Origin: Planctomycetota bacterium
Lineage (GTDB): Bacteria; Planctomycetota; UBA1135
Reading direction: 5' to 3'
Length of the DNA stretch: 64,000 bases
NCBI GenBank assembly: GCA_018671175.1
Contig: JABHIE010000029.1
Location: 86,929 to 150,928, forward strand
Shown: positions 35,783 through 46,000 of the stretch, in pieces
Layout: every line of letters starts with the position of its first letter
How positions within the stretch are numbered: position 1 is the first letter of the stretch
Position numbers and translations under genes: made by a program
Notes under the pieces: generated by a model
What the model saw: only the letters and a program-made list of their open reading frames with translations
Database searches by the model: none
Told to the model about the DNA's origin: nothing

Positions 35783-36721
35783 TCAACGCAGCTGAATATC
35801 GTCGGCTTGATGAAGACTTTCTAGATATTCAGCCCGTTCTTGCTGAGTAACAGGAGCATTTAAAACCGTGCTCACCAGAGTTTCGCGGACACTATCAAAA
35901 GAAGTCGTTACGCGCTTGTCGAGCTGGACAATGTGAAAGCCAATTGGCGTTTCAATCACGCTCGAATAATGCCCAGGCTGAAGTGAGGTCACTGCTTCAG
36001 CAAATGCTGGGCCGTACATCCGCCCATTCCAATGTGGCAGTTGCCCACCCGCATCTTTAGAGGTGCGGTCATGCGAAAGTTCAGCTGCAAGTGCACTAAA
36101 ATCTTCGCCTGCATTAAGTCTCGCCCATGCCGCATTTGCGAGCGCATTGGTTTGCTGTTTAACCTCAGCCATATTGATGTCTTTCGCAGCGATTCCGCCC
36201 CGCACTGCATCCATGCGAACCATGTTAGGCATGAAGACAAGATGGCGGATGTTTTCACTCTTGCCACCCCGCCCGTATTCCATTTCAAAGGCGAGTTGCA
36301 GTTTTTCATTTGTGGCCGTGCGTGTCGCCATGACAAGCCCGTCAAGAGTTAGGCTCATTTTGATTTCGCCACGGATTTGCTGTCGGAACTCTTGCAAACT
36401 TGCCCCCTGTTTTGACATTTTTAGTGCGAGTTCTTCTTCGGTGAGCTCTCCTCTTTGATTGGTGATTCGCTCTTCGATTTTGGTTTGCAGAAGCTCGGGC
36501 GAGATCACGATGCCGTGCTGGACCGCAGCTCGTTGAACTAAGCGTTCACCGATGAAATCGCGCAAACCGCGCGACCCGAAGCGTCGCCACAGGAAATCTT
36601 TGTAAGCATCTAAGCTCACATCTTGCGTGCCGATGCGTGCTAAAACACCATCTGGCAAGGGTGTCGGCGCATCTTGAGGGGGCGAAAACGCCAAAAACAA
36701 AGGAATGAGGAGAGTTAGCAT
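35783..36721 (-). CDS. peptidyl-prolyl cis-trans isomerase, SurA/PrsA-like (parvulin domain)
   Basis: ORF 35783-36790, ATG at 36721 preferred (MLTLLIPLFLAF signal). Parvulin core IRHLVF...GGQLPHWNGRMYGPAFAEAV..L.PG..S.VIETPIGFHIVQL. Confidence 0.8.
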   Translation of the reverse strand: MLTLLIPLFLAFSPPQDAPTPLPDGVLARIGTQDVSLDAYKDFLWRRFGSRGLRDFIGERLVQRAAVQHGIVISPELLQTKIEERITNQRGELTEEELALKMSKQGASLQEFRQQIRGEIKMSLTLDGLVMATRTATNEKLQLAFEMEYGRGGKSENIRHLVFMPNMVRMDAVRGGIAAKDINMAEVKQQTNALANAAWARLNAGEDFSALAAELSHDRTSKDAGGQLPHWNGRMYGPAFAEAVTSLQPGHYSSVIETPIGFHIVQLDKRVTTSFDSVRETLVSTVLNAPVTQQERAEYLESLHQADDIQLR

Positions 36722-36795
36722 GGTTGCGACTTGCGGCCGAGGCTGCGGATGGGGACAATATCCCGCTTGCCAGATGCACGCAAGCATCATGACTC

Positions 36796-37566
36796 ATGAT
36801 CGCACTCATTTCTGATCTCCACGCCAACATTGAGGCCGTGGACGCCGTCTTCCAAGACATCGACACTCAAAGTGTTGATGCCGTGGTCTGCTTGGGCGAT
36901 ACGGTGGGCTATGGCGCCTCGCCGGCTGATGTTATGCGCAAGGTTCAAGAGCGATGCGCGATGACTTTGCTCGGCAATCATGATGCCGCGGTTTTAGACG
37001 ACCGCCAGGCCTACGGCTTCCATGAGCGCGCTCTTTTAGCCGTCGACTGGACACGCCGCGCACTCGACCCCGAGGTCGAAAGCAATCATGCGCTCTGGGA
37101 TTGGCTCGGTGAATTAAAGCCCAAAGGCGTTTTCGAGAGCGATGCGATTCGCTTCCAGATGGTGCACGCCTCTCCGCGTGAGCCACTCTCAGAGTATTTG
37201 CTCCCGAATATGCCGTCTAGCAGCGAGCGCCTGCTCGCTAATTTCGAAGCGGCTCAAGAGCGCGTGACTTTTTACGGTCATACGCACCACCCCGGTGCCT
37301 TCCAAGAGGCACGGCCCTTTGCCAAACCCGACTTTACTGGCCGCAATGAAGCGGGCTTCGCGCTTGATCCCGCGCGCCAGTATCTCATCAATGTTGGCAG
37401 TGTTGGGCAACCCCGCGACCGCGACCCGCGCGCCTGCTACGCCTTGTTTGACGGCGAGTCGGTTCGTTGGCGCAGAGTCGAATACGACTTCGAGGCCGCC
37501 GCCCGCCGCATCCTTGCGGCCGGCCTTCCTGAATCGCTCGCCCAACGACTTTTCGTCGGTCGATAA
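36796..37566 (+). CDS. metallophosphoesterase family protein
   Basis: ALISDLHAN, VVCLGDTVGYG, LLGNHD, ...YGHTHHP motifs. Confidence 0.85.
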   Translation: MIALISDLHANIEAVDAVFQDIDTQSVDAVVCLGDTVGYGASPADVMRKVQERCAMTLLGNHDAAVLDDRQAYGFHERALLAVDWTRRALDPEVESNHALWDWLGELKPKGVFESDAIRFQMVHASPREPLSEYLLPNMPSSSERLLANFEAAQERVTFYGHTHHPGAFQEARPFAKPDFTGRNEAGFALDPARQYLINVGSVGQPRDRDPRACYALFDGESVRWRRVEYDFEAAARRILAAGLPESLAQRLFVGR

Positions 37567-37583
37567 AGCGCCACCTAGATTTC

Positions 37584-39419
37584 ATGAAAAATCGTTCCCT
37601 GCTAACTTTCGTGCTTTGGGCAGTCATTGCCATTTTGATGTTCAAAGCCTGCTCGCCAGATTCTGCCCAGCCCGGCGAATCAATCGGCCAACCTTCCCAA
37701 GAAAATTTTTCGATGGATGCCGTTTCTGGTTATCCCATTGTCCTCGAAAATGAATTTTTGCGCACAGAGTGGTCTGCCACCGGCGCTTCTTGCGGCAAAG
37801 TATCGCTCAAGCAATACGCTGATATGCGACCTGTCGATTCAGCTAACATTCCCGAAGCTGATTGGCTCGTACTAATGGATTCCGCCCGCGTTCGCGGAAA
37901 GGTGCCCAACAATCCAAAAGATGCGCGCCATTTCCACTATCGCACGCGTGATGCATTTGCTCTAAAAGATAAATCGGGAGAACCCATTGAGGCCAAAGAC
38001 TGGAACTTGGTCTCCAATTCTCGCTCTGAGCTTGTCTTCGAGATTCAGACAGATAGTGGCTACCTCTTGCGCAAGTCATTGCGATTGATGCCTGGGTCCT
38101 ACCACATTGACGCCTCGATTGATGCGATCCCACAAACTCAAGACGCTGCTGGCGATACGGTTTCGCTGCGCCTGTCGACGGGCGGCTCTATCTTGCGAGA
38201 GCGCGACCAGTTTTACCCAAACCCTTATTCGGGTGCCGCGCTGCGCGACAATGGCGTTTTAGATAAGCTTGACATTTATCACCCAAGTGGTGGTTTGCCG
38301 GCTTCGCGTTCGCGTGCGGCTTCTTTTAATGGCGATATCCCATTCATTGTTGAGGGCTCAAAATATTTCCTTAATGCGATTCATGCAATTGGGCGTGATT
38401 TTCGTGGCGCCACATCCGAGGCCTTGCACGATGACGAGCTTTTTCTCGAAGAATTAAAGTCTTCCGACAGCCATGTCGTCGCACGCGCTGAAAATTCTGA
38501 CAGTTGGCAGCGCACCTCTATTGCAGGCGCTTTTTCGATGCGGATGGGCCGTGTCGACGAGGTCTCGACGCGTGAGTTTCAGTGGTATCTTGGCCCGAAA
38601 GACCGCAATTTCTTAACAGAAACTCAATTCGGCGAGATGGCGGAATTGCCCGGTATGGCTGATTTTGACAACTCGTTTTTCTACCGCATGTTCGGCACGG
38701 GTTTCATTGCGCCAGCGATTTTGTGGTTGGTCGAGTTTTTCCAAAGCATCGTTGGCAACTGGGGCTTTGCCATCATCTTGATGACCTTGCTCGTGCGCGG
38801 TTTGTTGTTTCCGATTAATCGCACCAGTCAAGTCAAAATGGCCGGCTATCAAGCCAAAATGGCCAAGATTAAGCCTAAAATTGATGCGCTTAATGCCAAG
38901 TTCGGCAAAGACCCGCAGCGCAAACAACAAGAGACTATGAAGCTCTATAAAGAGCACAAAGTTTCACCGCCGATTGGTGGTTGCTTGCCGATGTTGCTGC
39001 AGTTCCCCGTGTTTATTGGCCTTTTCGCGGCTTTGCGCTCTTCCATTTTGTTGCGTCAAAGACCATTCATGGGCTGGGTGCAAGACCTGTCGCGCCCAGA
39101 TGCTATGGTCGATTTTGGTGGTCCGATTGCTGATTACCCCATTATTAGTGGCATCACGACTTTTAACTTGTTGCCAATCGTCATGGTCATTCTTTGGGTC
39201 TTGCATCAAAAATCGATGCCTAAATCGACAGACCCACAGCAGGCGCAAATGCAAAAAATGATGGCCTTTATGCCGGTGCTTTTTGGAGTCATGCTTTACA
39301 ACTACGCGGCGGGTTTGTCGCTTTATATGATCACTTCCTCGCTCGTAGGTATCTTCGAGTCTAAGGTGATCAAAAAGCGTTGGCCTGTTCCTACGGCCGA
39401 TGGCGCCAAGGGCAAGTAG
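37584..39419 (+). CDS. yidC: membrane protein insertase YidC
   Basis: N-terminal TM, large periplasmic domain, C-terminal core ...GFAIILMTLLVRGLLFP...KVSPPIGGCLPMLLQFPVFIGLF... Confidence 0.95.
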   Translation: MKNRSLLTFVLWAVIAILMFKACSPDSAQPGESIGQPSQENFSMDAVSGYPIVLENEFLRTEWSATGASCGKVSLKQYADMRPVDSANIPEADWLVLMDSARVRGKVPNNPKDARHFHYRTRDAFALKDKSGEPIEAKDWNLVSNSRSELVFEIQTDSGYLLRKSLRLMPGSYHIDASIDAIPQTQDAAGDTVSLRLSTGGSILRERDQFYPNPYSGAALRDNGVLDKLDIYHPSGGLPASRSRAASFNGDIPFIVEGSKYFLNAIHAIGRDFRGATSEALHDDELFLEELKSSDSHVVARAENSDSWQRTSIAGAFSMRMGRVDEVSTREFQWYLGPKDRNFLTETQFGEMAELPGMADFDNSFFYRMFGTGFIAPAILWLVEFFQSIVGNWGFAIILMTLLVRGLLFPINRTSQVKMAGYQAKMAKIKPKIDALNAKFGKDPQRKQQETMKLYKEHKVSPPIGGCLPMLLQFPVFIGLFAALRSSILLRQRPFMGWVQDLSRPDAMVDFGGPIADYPIISGITTFNLLPIVMVILWVLHQKSMPKSTDPQQAQMQKMMAFMPVLFGVMLYNYAAGLSLYMITSSLVGIFESKVIKKRWPVPTADGAKGK

Positions 39420-40782
39420 ACGCGATTGCATCCTGGCTTCGGCGACCCCAGTTGGGGCCGCCGAAAGAGCGGTTTTGCGATTGAGTGGCCCCGATTTGCT
39501 GTCACGCGCCACAGAGTTTTTGCCCAGTTTTTGCCCGCACCCGCGTGGCTTGCGAGAAGTGCGAGAGGGGAAGCTTGAATTTGCCCCTGGGTGCATGAGC
39601 CCCGTTGCTTTGTTCGTTTTTCCAGGGCCGCATTCCGCAACGGGCGAAGATGTACTTGAGCTTCATTACCCAGGAAGCCCCGCATTAACAGAGATGCTCT
39701 TGGAGCATTTCTTCACCCAAGGCGTGCGGCTGGCAGAGCCAGGCGAATTCACTCGCCGCGCTTTTTTAAATGGCCGGCTCGATTTGACACAAGCCGAAGC
39801 CGTTTTGGGCTTGGTCGGTTCACGGAATGCCCAAGAAGCCGAAGCGGCAAAAAGCGTTTTGTCGGGCAGGCTTGCAACAGGCTTGACTTCCGCGCGAGAG
39901 GCCTTGAGCGATGCCTTAGTACAAGTCGAGGCCGCGCTCGATTTCGAAGAGGGTGATTCTCAAGATATCCAAACCATCGAGATTGACGCATTACTTGATT
40001 CCGCAGCGGCATCTTTGAGCCAGAGTAAAAGGGTCGAGTCGCAGAGGCGGTTGCGGCATGATGGGGCATGGCGCATCGGTCTAATCGGGGCCCCAAATGC
40101 CGGAAAGTCGACACTTTTCTCAAAGCTCACGGGCGCGCCTATTTTGATTAGCTCTGAAGCAGGCACCACTCGTGATCGGATTGAAGCGTCTTGGCCTCCA
40201 TTTTCAGGAAGCCCTGCCGAGAGCACTTCGCCGTTCAACGAGCCTTGGGTGTTGTGCGACTTTCCTGGCCTTGGGGGCGATGCCGTCGACGAGCGAGATG
40301 CAGCTGCCCGTGCGCGTGCAACGCATGATTTTGACGAAATAGATGCCTGGTGGTGTGTGGTTGATGCCTCTGATCCAGAAGCGCAGCTTGTCCATCCGCC
40401 GACCGATGCGCCGCATCTTGTTTATTGCGCAAAGAGTGATTTACCACGCTCCATACCCGAGAGTGCTTTTTCTCAACTCGTCCCCCAAACTCAAGTCGTT
40501 TGGCATGCGCCCGACTTGGCTTTGGCCACTCGATGCATCCTTGACTCGGCAAGTCGTAGTCGTGCTGCCTTGTTGGCGGTTGGCGAGCGGTATCAGCAAG
40601 CGTTCGCCGACTCCATCGATGCGCTCAAACAAGCAAAGCAACTTCACCTGCAAGAGGGGCCGCAAGAGCTCATCGCCGAAGAATTGAGGGCCGCACTCGC
40701 TGCGATTGGCGCATTGGTGGGGGAACTCACCCCTGAAGACCTCCTCGATCGCCTTTTTGCGGGTTTTTGCCTCGGTAAATAG
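39400..40782 (+). CDS. mnmE: tRNA uridine-5-carboxymethylaminomethyl modification GTPase MnmE
   Basis: ...AVLRLSGPD..., G domain GAPNAGKSTLF / DFPG, C-terminal FAGFCLGK. Overlaps the yidC end by 20 nt. Confidence 0.9.
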   Translation: MAPRASRRDCILASATPVGAAERAVLRLSGPDLLSRATEFLPSFCPHPRGLREVREGKLEFAPGCMSPVALFVFPGPHSATGEDVLELHYPGSPALTEMLLEHFFTQGVRLAEPGEFTRRAFLNGRLDLTQAEAVLGLVGSRNAQEAEAAKSVLSGRLATGLTSAREALSDALVQVEAALDFEEGDSQDIQTIEIDALLDSAAASLSQSKRVESQRRLRHDGAWRIGLIGAPNAGKSTLFSKLTGAPILISSEAGTTRDRIEASWPPFSGSPAESTSPFNEPWVLCDFPGLGGDAVDERDAAARARATHDFDEIDAWWCVVDASDPEAQLVHPPTDAPHLVYCAKSDLPRSIPESAFSQLVPQTQVVWHAPDLALATRCILDSASRSRAALLAVGERYQQAFADSIDALKQAKQLHLQEGPQELIAEELRAALAAIGALVGELTPEDLLDRLFAGFCLGK

Positions 40783-40829
40783 CCCCACCACAATCAGGAT
40801 GTCGCAATACGAGTTCTAGCGGTTGGTGC

Positions 40830-40859
40830 TTGCCATGCCACTAGGTATTGTGGTATTTT
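40830..40859 (+). promoter_or_regulatory. putative nrdR promoter overlapped by one NrdR-box-like palindrome
   Basis: TTGCCA (40830-40835), 18 nt, TATTTT (40854-40859). The spacer holds CCACTAGGTATTGTGG (40838-40853), which matches 12 of 16 positions of the NrdR-box consensus acaCwAtATaTwGtgt as recalled. Confidence 0.3.
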
Positions 40860-40895
40860 GCAGGTTCTCGAGGTCTCTCCCCCCGATTTCTTCTC

Positions 40896-41384
40896 ATGCG
40901 TTGCCCATTCTGCAAACACGATAACGACCGCGTCATTGATTCCCGTGCCGCCGCCGATGCTTTTTCGATTCGCCGCCGCCGCGAATGCATGGATTGCTCG
41001 CGTCGATTCACCACCTATGAGCGCATGGAAGAAACCCCACTTCGCGTGGTTAAAAAAGACGGTTCACGCGTCCCTTTTGACCGCGGTTCCATCCTTAAGG
41101 GGCTTCTGAAATCGTGCGAAAAACGCCCTGTCTCGATCGAGTCGCTCGAAGAGATTACTTCTCGAATTGAGCGCAAATTGGCCGAGATGTTTGAGCACGA
41201 GGTGGGCAGTAAATACATCGGCCAGCTTGTCATGGACGAGCTCAAGGCTCTCGACCAGGTGGCCTATGTGCGCTTTGCCTCCGTTTATCGCGAGTTCAAA
41301 GATGTCGGCCAATTTATCAATGAGCTTCGGCCTTTTCTTGAAGGCAAGCTAGTCTATGGCGATTCCGACGGCTCGAGTTCGTAA
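40896..41384 (+). CDS. nrdR: transcriptional repressor NrdR
   Basis: ORF 40848-41384. From the ATG at 40896: MRCPFCKHDNDRVIDSR...RRRRECMDCSRRFTTYE (Zn ribbon), then an ATP-cone (LRVVKKDGSRVPFDR...YVRFASVYREF). Confidence 0.95.
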   Translation: MRCPFCKHDNDRVIDSRAAADAFSIRRRRECMDCSRRFTTYERMEETPLRVVKKDGSRVPFDRGSILKGLLKSCEKRPVSIESLEEITSRIERKLAEMFEHEVGSKYIGQLVMDELKALDQVAYVRFASVYREFKDVGQFINELRPFLEGKLVYGDSDGSSS

Positions 41385-43062
41385 GCGCGACGGCTTTGAA
41401 CAGGGGCTCGACCTCTTCAAGCTCGCCGAATCGGCCGAGTTGGCTTTAGCCAGCATTGGTTCGTCGGGTGTTTCGACTTCGACACTTGCTGAACAGGCTG
41501 TCCTGCTGACCCCCGTCGATTCTCGCGAGATGATCGATTCTGCTGCTTTGGCTCTAGCTCTTGAAGCAGAGCTCGGTGCTATCGATGCCCAAGCCGCAGA
41601 TGCTTACCGCACCTATCGTCGTGCGCGCCGCCTAGCTATCGCTCGCTTGCGTGTGCACACTGAGACTGGGCGGCTCACAGAGTCTTTGGCCTGGGATCGC
41701 GAGCGCCTCACTTTGGCTCTCGTGCGTGATCGTTTCCTTGAGCGCGGTGTGGCTCGCGATGTGGCTTCTAATGTTGAGCGTCGATTAGCCGCTGGCGATT
41801 GGCTGCACCTGACGGGCCGATTCGTGGCTGCTTGCGCCGATAATGAGTGCCGCGCTATGGGGCTTCCTGCCGAGCCACTGGGCGACCCGCGCGTTGGTCT
41901 TGAGCGCCGCCATTTGCGCGCTTGGTTAAGTGGCGATTGCTTGCCACTCGAAGGCGCCGGTGGCCCGATGCCCGCCATGAGCCCCGAAGGCACGGATACT
42001 CGCCCGATGTTAGGCGGCGAGCTTTTGGCTCGTTTTGCAATCGATGAGATCCTCACTCCTGCGCAGGCTGAGGCCTTGGCGTCTGGCGCTTTCGCTCTTC
42101 CGCGCCTCAACGACTGGATGCGCGCTGCCCGGGTTCGCCTTCACCCTGAGCCCAATGAATCAGAAACCGATTTCTGGCGTCGGGTCTCGGCGGCTCGGCA
42201 AATTGCTGCCGAGGTCCAGGTCTTCTGGCCCGGTCGTCGCAATCAGGGCGACCCAGCTTCTCAAGCAACTGAATTGTCACGCTTAGCACCCGATTGGTTA
42301 ACGGATTCAGCCTGTCGCTTGCGCCTCGCGACTACTGACACGCAGTTGGCTTTAGATTGGGCCCGATCGGGTCGCGTCCATCGCATGAGCGCGGCCGCTT
42401 TCTCTGCAATTCTCTCAGCCGAGCCAGCATTGGCAGAACATCTGGCGGAAGCCAATCACACCGTCTTGACTTGGCAGCCTCCTGCCAAAATGCCATCCGC
42501 ATCGACTCTGGCGCACCGACGCCTCGATGGCTTCGTGGTGATTAACTTGGCTCAATTGGCCATTCGCGCCGGTGCTTGGTCCGATACAGCCTTTCGCGAG
42601 GCTCTTTTTGAGACAGCCGCTTTGGCGGCTGGTGCGGCTAGGCGTTTAGCCGAACGAGCCGGAATGGGCCCTCGCCCGACGGTTTGTTTCATGCCCGCTG
42701 GCTTGGCTGAGGCTTGGGCGGAACTGCGTCCCGACACGGCGATGTCGACAGATCGTGCGCGGCGCTTTGTCTTGAACATTCGCTCCATGTTTGATCAGGC
42801 AGCCCGCGAGCTCGGTCTAATCCCTGAGCATGCTTACCCACCTCACGCTGAGGCAACGGGCGTCCGCCTTGCCGAGACTGACGCCTTGCCAGGTTGCTCT
42901 AGCTATTTCTGTGGCTGGCAACTCGATTCTTCTCTTGCTGTGCCCACAACTGCCGATTTTGATGTCACCCCGTGGCTAGAATTTGCTGCTGCGCCGGCGC
43001 ACTCTATGTCTGACGACACTCTCGCACGCCGGCTGCCCTCCGCTCGGCGCGCCGATTCCTGA
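41356..43062 (+). CDS. ATP-cone protein, class III ribonucleotide reductase (NrdD)-like but without recognisable thiyl-Cys or glycyl-radical motifs
   Basis: Starts 29 nt inside nrdR. aa 6-92 form an ATP-cone (RVRKRDGFEQGLD...AADAYRTYRRAR). Later blocks are colinear with remembered E. coli NrdD landmarks: GDWLHLTG vs GDIHYHDL; KMPSAST vs PMGCRSF; DGFVVINLAQLAIRA vs LGVISLNLPRIALEA; YPPHAE vs YSTPSE. The protein ends ~50 aa later with no RVCGY motif. Ala/Arg-rich. Confidence 0.45.
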   Translation: MAIPTARVRKRDGFEQGLDLFKLAESAELALASIGSSGVSTSTLAEQAVLLTPVDSREMIDSAALALALEAELGAIDAQAADAYRTYRRARRLAIARLRVHTETGRLTESLAWDRERLTLALVRDRFLERGVARDVASNVERRLAAGDWLHLTGRFVAACADNECRAMGLPAEPLGDPRVGLERRHLRAWLSGDCLPLEGAGGPMPAMSPEGTDTRPMLGGELLARFAIDEILTPAQAEALASGAFALPRLNDWMRAARVRLHPEPNESETDFWRRVSAARQIAAEVQVFWPGRRNQGDPASQATELSRLAPDWLTDSACRLRLATTDTQLALDWARSGRVHRMSAAAFSAILSAEPALAEHLAEANHTVLTWQPPAKMPSASTLAHRRLDGFVVINLAQLAIRAGAWSDTAFREALFETAALAAGAARRLAERAGMGPRPTVCFMPAGLAEAWAELRPDTAMSTDRARRFVLNIRSMFDQAARELGLIPEHAYPPHAEATGVRLAETDALPGCSSYFCGWQLDSSLAVPTTADFDVTPWLEFAAAPAHSMSDDTLARRLPSARRADS

Positions 43063-43075
43063 CCCCACCCCAAAC

Positions 43076-46000
43076 ATGTACCTCAAACGCATCGAACTCG
43101 AAGGCTTTAAGTCGTTCGCCGACCGCACCGTTATCCCAGTCGACCGTGGCCTGACGGGTGTCGTCGGCCCCAACGGTTGCGGTAAATCCAATGTCGTCGA
43201 TGCCCTGATGTGGGTTATGGGCGAGCGTTCATCCAAGGCCTTGCGAGCCGACGCCATGGAAGATGTCATCTTCAAGGGTGCCGAGGGCCGTTCCGCCGCG
43301 CCTTATGCAATGGTTGAAATCATTTTGGGCGACGAAGAGGGCAAGGTCGCTGAGCCAGGTGGTGAAGTTTCCGTGGGGCGTCGTTTGTTCGCTACGGGTG
43401 AGGCTGAATTTTTGCTGAATGGCCGCAAGGTGCGTCGCAAAGATGTCAAAGATTTGCTCATGGACACGGGGCTTGGGGTGCGCGGTTACATGGTGTTGGC
43501 TCAGGGCAAGATTGATGCCGTTTTAGCCGCCAACCCGGCCGAGCGCCGTAGCGTCTTTGAAGAGGCTGCCGGCATTTCAAAATACAAAGCACGTAAGCAC
43601 GAAGCGCGTCTCAAACTAAATCGTGTCGAGCTTGACCTGTCACGCGTTGAAGATGTCCTCGAGGAAGTCTCCCGTTCGGTGCGTTCTCTCAAAATTCAGG
43701 CTGGCAAAGCGCGCCGTTTTCTTGAGTTTCGCGACCGTTACCGAGAGTTGCGTGTACGCACCGCTCTTCTTGAAACTGGCGAGTTGGCTGCGAGTGAGCG
43801 CGAGCTGCGCGGTCAAACGACCGAGCTTGATCAGCGCATTGAAAGCTTGCGCACAGATCGCGAAAGTGCCGCGGCTCGTTTAGCAGAGCTCGAGAAAGAA
43901 GAGGCCACCTTGCGTGAGCGCTATGAGTCGTTGCGTGGTGAATCTTCCAGCTTGCGCGCCGAGGTAGCAGGTCTAGAAGAGCGAGTTCATGGCTTAGAAA
44001 CCCGTGCCAGCGAATCAGAATCTAGGCTTGAGCGAGATCGCAATCGTCTCGCATCGATGATTTCCGATCGTGGCCGACGCGAAGAATCGGTCGAAGGTGT
44101 GCGTGAAGAAGTCGCCGCTTTGAGCGAGCGTCGTGACCAAGCTGATGCCGGCCTAAAAGAAGCAGAAGAAGCTTTTGCTCTCGCTAGAGAAGTCCGCCGC
44201 GCGTTAATGAGCGATCTTGAGCAATTGCGCAAGAGCGTGCTAGAGGCTCTTGGCGAGCGAACATCGCACAATAATTTGATGGCGGAAGCCGCACGAGCGC
44301 GGTCTGAGGCCGAAGGCGCGATGCGTGCTCTTGACCGTCGCCGACAGCACTTAAGCGAAGAGCACACGCCTTTGCAACTTGAGGCGAAGCAAAAAGAGAC
44401 CGCGCTTGCCGATGCTGAGATTGCAAAAGGTGCCGCACAGCATGCGCACGATCAAGCCGTTGCTTCGGTTGAGCGACTGAGTGCCGAGGCGCAGGGCTTT
44501 ACCGATGCCGCGCGCATGGCACGACAAACAGCAGCAAGCTTTAAGGCTCGTTTTGACGCCTTAGCCTCTGTCGACGACGAAGGCCACGGCACTCCAGACA
44601 AGGTGCGTAAGTTGCTCGAATCAGGCGCAGAAGGCTTTGCGGGCCTCTTGCTCGATGGCGTGCGCGTCCCTGCGCCATGGGACCGATTAGTCGAAAACTT
44701 GCTCGGTCGATTGCAACATGGGCTTTGGGCGGATGGCCGTCAGCGTCGACAAGATTTGGGTGATGGCGTTTATGATTTGTTCTTCCCCGTGGAAGGCGCA
44801 ACGCCGGCCACCATCGATCCGCCGGCAGGCGCCACGGCATTGCGTACATATTTGACAGGCGATGATTCTCGCTGTGACGCACTTGCTGCACGCCTCGGTG
44901 AGATTTGGTGCGTTGAGCACGGAACTCGCGCGGCTGCACTTTGCGCAGAGCATCCTCTGGCATTGTTCTTGTCAGCAGATGGCGAAATCCATGGTCGCGG
45001 TTGGGCGCGTGTGGGTTTGCTCGCCGAAGAGGCTACGGGTGTTTTGGCCCGTCGCAATGCACTCGAGCAAGCGGGGCGTGAAAATGAATCGGCCGCGGCT
45101 GAGCTTGAGCGTGTCGCTGCTCTTGAGGCTGAGGCATCCTTGGCTTTGCGAGATTCGCAAATGCATCGTTCTGGCACTGATAAGACCTTGCGTGAGGCCG
45201 TGTCGACATTCGAGCAGACTTCGGCGCAGGCGCAGGGCGTCCGTCAGCGGGCGGCTCGTGCGGCGGAAGAAACCGCAGCTCTTGATAGTGAGGCAGAGCG
45301 TTTTCGCTTGGCATTAGACGAGGCTGTTGCAGAAGAGGCGCGGCATACTGCTGCCCGTGATGCGGCTGAGGCTTTGCGGCTTGAGCGTAGTGAACGCCTC
45401 GAAGGTTACGGCGGAAAGCAAGCTGTGTGCGAGACGGCGTATGAGTCGTCGAGCCAAACTTTCCAAGAGGCGCGTGGTGAGCATGCGCGCGTGATGCAGG
45501 CAACGGCTCACGCCGAAGAGCGCATTGCCGACTTTCGCCAAGAGACCGAACGCTTTTCTACTGAGCGGCTCGGGCTAGAAACTGAAATCGGCGAGTTGGT
45601 TGCACGAGCAGAATCTTTGCGCGCTGAAGCCGCGACTGCCCGTGAACAGCGTAGTGCTTTTTTGGATCGCCGCGGTGGCCTTGACGAGCGTTGTGGTGAA
45701 GCCGAAGCGCAATGGACGCGGGCAAGCGATGCCGTCCAAGAAGAGCGGCGAAGTCGTTCGGGTGAAGAGGGCGTAATCGAGGCTTTGATGGGCGACCGTC
45801 AAGAAAAAGCACTTGGCATGCAGCGGGCACAAATGCGCCGCGAAGAGTTGGTGCGTGGTGTGATTGACGAGTTTCATCAGCCCGTCGAAGAGCTGGCGCG
45901 CACGCTCGAAATCAACCCTGCGTCTCCGCTCATTGACGGCCTTGAGCCAGAGGCTATGTCGAATGAATTGAGTGAGCTACGCATAAAACTTGATCGGATT

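Noticed and set aside
40788-40803. Second NrdR-box candidate, CCACAATCAGGATGTC
   Set aside because: Its right half fits the consensus poorly, and the 50-bp centre-to-centre spacing to the better box does not match the usual ~31-32 bp. It is not annotated as a feature.
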